Shown here piece after piece: positions 62,712-64,000 of a stretch of DNA of 64,000 nt; the first letter of the stretch is position 1, and each line of letters begins with the position of its first letter. The position numbers and the translations under genes are program-made. Under the pieces are notes generated by a model. It did no database searches. It was not told the origin of the DNA and saw only the letters and a program-made list of their open reading frames with translations. This DNA is from Octopus sinensis (lineage: Eukaryota). Location: positions 140,182,001 through 140,246,000 of the forward strand of contig NC_042997.1 of the NCBI RefSeq assembly GCF_006345805.1. The letters are read 5' to 3'.

Positions 62712-63886
62712 CTGAAAATTAATAGGAAATAAAATAAAACTGTAATCAGTGAAGCCAAAGTATTTATGTAACAAAGTAGAACAATTTCAAACCATTGTTT
62801 AGTAGCTATTCTCTATCTCAAAAAGTAATGTGATAAATATCTCCAAGAGCCACCAAGATTTGTAAAGTAAGTGCTTAGCTCTGGATTCAGTAATGTTAAG
62901 TGGATAAGAGAAGAATTTGCCTCTCAATAAAATAGCAGTGGATAAATAGGTAAAGTTCCTGTAAAACATGGTACATATTCCTGCCTGCTATATGAACTGA
63001 ATCATATTGAAGTAATTATCTCACACAGATATCTACCACAATATCTTCAGTGGAAACGAACAAACAGATGGTATGGTATGATATCTTATCTATTCAGAAG
63101 TAACACCCCTAGTAAGTAGAAATCTAATTTCAAATCTTAAAACAAATGTTTATTTTGCTTACTTTCATTGATCATGCAACATAATCACAATATTTCACTT
63201 TTATACTTCAGTTCACAATTTACAAGAATTTAAAACAGAAACTCTCTTTAGTAATGATTATAGTTAGCTTGAACAATTAGCATCAATACAGATTTCATAA
63301 CATAAGATTTAAAAGCAGCATATCTAAGATAACCTAGCAGTCTACATTCAATGATCCCATGTACCATGCCTTTTTCAGATTTAGCAAAATTGGGATAATT
63401 TTCTATCATAACTTTTGATTTTAAAATATAAAAATTAAATTTTAATTTCAATAAATAAAATACACAAGCAGGAATGTTTATGAAACCTAAAACTAGATTC
63501 CTTTGAGCACAAAATTAACTAAAAGATTAACAGTATATTGTGTGTAAGAGGGTGAAAGTTCATTACATTTACATGTTTGGAAATGTAAACTATATTAGAA
63601 ATTTCTAGAACTGTATCTGAACCTATGTGATAAATGCTAAAAGCCATAATATACTTCTGAATTATTTAAAAGATATGATTTCAAAGGACTAAATTTAGTA
63701 TGTAATCTGGCAGCTATATCTAATAAGATACTGCTGCCTATACAACAAACAGAGAAAATGATGTTTTTACATAATATTCTGTCTGCAACCATTATACTTA
63801 TCAATCTGAATAATTTCAATACTATCTGAAAAAAGTTACTTGAACAAAATCAGATGATATCATCTGTGCACAATCACATGCAATAC

Positions 63887-64000
63887 CTGCTTGTGATTCA
63901 TTGAATCCTGTGCTGATGTTTTGTTCAGGATTGTCACTTGACATGGCTTGAGGACATCTGGTCAGCAATTGGAACTGTTCCATTAAATATCGTTCCAGAG
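63887..64000 (-). CDS. Probable upstream exon of the minus-strand gene, cut by the window edge (LERYLMEQFQLLTRCPQAMSSDNPEQNISTGFNESQA)
   Basis: Open frame ending cag|gtattg in phase 1, giving G+GT = Gly with the next exon. Confidence 0.5.

Noticed and set aside
63248-63451. Protein-like minus-strand ORF (EKGMVHGIIECRLLGYLRY) in the intron of the convergent gene
   Set aside because: No convincing acceptor, a weak donor and no recognisable homology.
1-64000. tRNA, rRNA or CRISPR features
   Set aside because: Only SINE heads with tRNA-like A/B boxes were seen; no cloverleaf, rRNA or repeat-spacer array.

Overview
AT-rich, microsatellite- and SINE-dense animal genomic DNA; the repeat content looks like an octopod cephalopod (Octopus), which is my pattern recognition rather than a database result. 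The + strand carries a 26-exon formin gene of the FMNL/FRL family (17892-49764, about 1160 aa in the window, 5' start not located). I assembled it by hand with consistent splice phases from exon to exon. It is a divergent paralog: a Ser-rich N-terminus, an eroded GTPase-binding motif, an almost absent FH1, an intact FH2 and a non-canonical C-terminal tail. One of its introns (45672-46506) has textbook U12-type AT-AC signals. Two near-identical 224-bp elements, each folding into a type I hammerhead ribozyme-like structure, flank exon 9 in the sense orientation 1713 nt apart. A convergent - strand gene (58616 to beyond 64000) encodes a 35-aa hydrophobic segment followed by a long disordered tail with a LIR-like motif. 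The rest is intron or intergenic sequence with SINEs, TTAA-MITEs and relics of CR1/L2, RTE, L1/Tx1, RLE-type and Penelope-like elements. Nearly all ORFs in the supplied track are spurious or are exon read-throughs. Human reference sequences quoted for comparison are recalled from memory and should be re-checked.
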